DNA of 64,000 nt from the human T2T-CHM13v2.0 reference genome, Homo sapiens. This document shows, in pieces, positions 60,359 through 64,000 of this stretch. Position numbers and translations under genes: made by a program. Position 1 is the first letter of the stretch; the number at the start of each line of letters is the position of its first letter. The notes beneath the pieces are model-generated. The model saw nothing but the letters and a program-made list of their open reading frames with translations. It was not told the origin of the DNA and did not search any database. The DNA is taken from assembly GCF_009914755.1 (NCBI RefSeq), contig NC_060941.1. One strand, given 5' to 3'.

Positions 60359-60819
60359 AGATTGAGTAACTCCTTTGCCAGCTCTGAGCATAGCAGCTGG
60401 TATCTTTTTTTCAGTGCCTCCAGTTCATGTCTTGGGGAAAAATATCTGATTGGCCTAGCCCATTGTTTTCTTTCAGGCCACATCATAGACTACTGGCCAG
60501 TCCATGAACTGGTTGTGCTTAAGTCAAGAGGTTCACTTTTGATCCAACCAGTGGCTACCTTTCCTTTTCCTTCCAAAGAACAGATAGATGATTGCTTCCA
60601 TGGAGAGGAGAAGGCTATATGGGTCAGGGAGGCTTAGTAGAAAGGGGAGTTAGGTCCAGCAAATCTTCCTCTCCCATTTTTCCTTCATTTTAAAAACTAT
60701 AAAGTAAATAGACACTTACAGATAAACTTGAGTCACCTTTGTTCCTAAACTCACTTTTATTTCCTTTTCTCTCTCTGTCCTTTCCATTCTTTTTCAGAGA
60801 GGCAGTCACTGTCATAAAC

Positions 60820-61420
60820 TTACGGATTGCTTTGGAAAAAACAATCTATGTGGAATTGAGTCTTCCTATTTATGAACATGGCATATCTCTGTCTTTAGGT
60901 GTTCTTTAGAATTTCCAATAATGTTCTGTAATTTCATTATAAAGTTCTTACACATCTTATTTATTCAGAGGTATATAGAATGCTGCAACAAGGGGTACTT
61001 TTTTCCTATTATAATTTCTTACTAATTATTATTGGTATAAAGGAACTCCACTGATTTTAAAATTTTGTTTTTGCAATTGGCAATCCTGATGAATTCTCTT
61101 ATTCTTATAATTTTTAGATATCTTGAATTTTCTATGTCAGCAATCTGCAAGTCTTTATTTCGAATTCTTATGCATTTTATTTATTTTTATTATGTAAATT
61201 CATTGATTAGGGCCTGCTTTACAATGTTGAATAAAAAAGGTGACAGTGAGCAACTAATTCTTGACTTCAATATGCGTACTTCTAAAGTTTTGGTAGCAGC
61301 TATAATGTTTGTTGCAGGTTTTTGGTTAAAAAAATCCTTTATCAGGTTAAGAAAGTTTTCTTCTGTTCCTAGATTGTAAAAAAGTTGTAATTTTGAATGT
61401 AATGAATTCCATGAGGACAT
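60820..61420 (-). mobile_element. Old L1M ORF2 relic
   Basis: attgagtcttcctatttatgaacatgg; cctttatcaggttaagaaagttttcttctgttcctag. Confidence 0.8.
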
Positions 61421-62782
61421 GGGTTTTTATCTCTTTTGTCCCCAGTGGCTAGATTAGTGCCTGTAGGCCATGAGTAAATTATTTATTGAAAGAGCAAATG
61501 AATTGATTAATTGGAGCTTATAAAATATTTTACTTTTGACATGCCTATTGATATAATTATATACTTTTCCTTTTTTAAATCATTAATGTGTCTTTTTGCT
61601 CATTGACCAATTGCAGCTCATCACATACACATGGGACTCACAACTGGATTTCTCCTTCCCTTGTAGATGTTAAAAAAACTACAAAATTACGGCCATGATT
61701 CTTTCATTCATTTATTCATTTGATGCATGTTTATTGAGCATCTACTATGGATCAAGTATTGTGGTAGCTGTTAGAAAGCCAAAGCTAAAGAAGAACCAAT
61801 CAATTTCATAATTCAGTAATGAATTCATGACATCATATTGTTGGAAGAGATCTTGGATTAGATCTGATCCAACCTTCTTATTTTGCTGAGGAGGAAATGG
61901 AAGCTCCACAGGCAGATATGATTAGCTTATGATCTGTCCAATCTGTTTAATTCAGAGGATTCAAGTGACTCTGAGACACGATATGTCAGGAGGGTCTACT
62001 CCAGGACAACTATTGAGAAGAAAGAAAGAAGAATCATAAAAATATTAACATCAGTTGTTCATGTATTTTAGGGGAGTAGTATAATTTTCCTTAAGGGAAA
62101 AATATTGTTTTATTTAAGAAAGCCTGATAATGGATGTTTGCTTATGAAAAGAGAGACTCAAGGCTAATTCTGGATTTGAGAAGTTGAGACAATGGACTTG
62201 AATTTGCTGTAGATAACAAATCAGCAGGACTTTTCAGCTAGCCCTTGTGGATTTGGGGCCTGGAACTCAAAGAAGTGAGAGAATAGGAAAACAGAGCATA
62301 CGAATATGATGGCAGATCAAGCCTTAAGGACAGAGTCCATAAAGACAGACTATCTGATAAACTTTATCAACACTAATATCTAATATTCAGTTTTGAGCTG
62401 TATACCGTTCTGCATGATAATTTTCCTTGGTAATGCCTAAACCTTCCATAAAGTTGTACTGGTGGTGCCATAAAGAATTGACATGAAGGTGTGGACAGAC
62501 TTAAAGTGACATTAGGTCTTGCTTACACCACGCTCTTCTTGAGGTCAGTCTTGTAGTAGGGCAGCAGCATTGCACCTAAGGAGTTCCAGAGTTCTAGATG
62601 GTGACCAATAGCAAAGTAAGTTGGGGAACCCTTGGATCTCATGGTTCAAAACCATGTTATGAGGGAGGGACAGGGCACAGAAAGAAGAGAATCCCCTTTA
62701 ATCCTAAAATACTAGAGGAAGATTGGTGGTTGTTCACTGTTGTTTGCATATACAGTCTGGTCCCTCATAGGGACTGACCATT

Positions 62783-63403
62783 TGTGCCAGGTATTGCTAC
62801 TGCCAAGCTATTGTTTCTTGGATCTAAACCCCCACATCCATACTGTATACTTGGGATCTTGGGGCTGGGACTGTGAACAGTTTTCTTGTTTGCCGGCTGG
62901 CCCTGTTAGGCTCTGCCAGTAGGTGGTGCTAGAGAGAGAGAGAGAGACTGCCAGGCTGGAGCTGGGAGAAGGGATGGCTGCCTTCCCGCGGGCTTCCGGT
63001 CTGTCTCTGAGCATCACTATAGCGATTCACCCTGGCGGCAGCAGTGCCTCTCTGTAGCAGCCGCTGAATCTACTGTGCAGTTTTTCCAGCACCACAGAAC
63101 CAGCTGTCTCCTGTATCCCTAGAGACACCGGCACCAACTGGCTGGCATCCCGCCCTCACGGATCTGAGTTTCACCTCCATGGAACACCTCCTGATTCGAG
63201 CTTCAACTGTTAATAATTACAATCTCTCTCCTTTATTCCCCCAGCCTTAAGGGATTAGGGGCTCTTCCCTCAGTCGCTACTTCCATGATACCCTAGAATT
63301 CTCTTTTGGCATTTCCAGTTACCTAGTGAGCAGTTCTTTACATTCTTTCTTGTTCAAATAACTGGCGTGGTTTCTGTCTCCTGACTGGACCGCACCGGAT
63401 ACA
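62783..63403 (+). mobile_element. LTR41-like ERVL solo LTR
   Basis: ggggctgggactg..gttaggctctgccagtaggtggtgctagag; 3' aataactggcgtggtttctgtctcctgactggac..gataCA. Confidence 0.75.
62914..62932 (+). promoter_or_regulatory. CTCF-like motif in LTR41
   Basis: CCAGTAGGTGGTGC compared with consensus CCASYAGRKGGCRS (one C>T). Confidence 0.5.
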
Positions 63404-63763
63404 CTAGCAATCTCTTTAGGGGAACTTCGGGCTTGATTCTGGCTGTAGCTGGGATCCTCTTGGGCTAGGGCAGGCTGGCCTTCAAGTCTTCCACTCCAGG
63501 GTCACTTTGCTGCTTGCCATAGAAATGCCTGGTCAAGCATGCCCACCAAGACTGTCGCCTTCCCTGTATCTCCCTCTCCACTGAGCACGGATACCTTCTG
63601 GGTCTTCTCTGTGTCAGGTGCAAGCTGCTAGGGGGGCTTCTGCCCTGTCTTGTCTGGAAATGCTTGCTGCCATCTCTTTATTGTCCTGCCCATGTCTTGT
63701 ACTATGCATGGCATTGGTAGGACTCTCAATTTCTAATGTTAATCAAGAAAGAGCACAGTAGGG

Positions 63764-63912
63764 AGCTTGGTGCAGTGGCTCATGCATGTAGTCCCGGTTA
63801 CTTGGGAAGCTGAGTGGGGAGGATTGCTTGAGTCCAGGAGTTCAAGGCTGCAGTGAGGTATCATCGCACCACTGCGTTCCAACCTGGGCTGGCCTGACTC
63901 TTAAGAAAAAGA
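63764..63912 (+). mobile_element. FRAM/FAM Alu monomer
   Basis: gaggattgcttgagtccaggagttcaaggctgcagtgag; short A tail. Confidence 0.85.
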
Positions 63913-64000
63913 AATAGCATGTTAGTCCACACATTTACAGATACACCTAAATTTCCAGAGGATTCTCTCATATTTTTCTTTCACTTTCCCTGTTTTTTCC

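Overview
Catarrhine primate (very likely human) nuclear DNA that looks intronic or intergenic and is dominated by interspersed repeats: about 20 Alus (J/S/Y and monomers), a full-length but ORF-disrupted L1PA7-like LINE (47871-54371), a 5'-truncated L1PA15/16-like LINE, old L1M/L2/MIR relics, hAT DNA transposons and many solo LTRs (THE1, MLT1, MST, MER41-like, LTR10, LTR8, LTR32-like, LTR33, LTR41). Family names come from my recollection of consensus sequences, not from a RepeatMasker run. I found no convincing host protein-coding exon, RNA gene or CpG island. The listed ORFs are Alu/L1-derived or chance ORFs. I cannot claim a new biological system. The best-supported unusual structures are: (1) an apparent L1 3' transduction, with the TSD lying ~350 bp beyond the L1 after a second A-tract; (2) a TIR-less Tigger1 fragment captured inside an L1 3'UTR between perfect 35-bp inverted repeats, resembling a repair scar; (3) divergent LTR10 (AP-1 array) and LTR8 inserted ~75 bp apart in one MIR; (4) a ~140-bp non-repeat duplicate with a two-hairpin core; (5) an AluS/AluY chimera with intact TSDs; (6) two fused, inverted MaLR half-LTRs.
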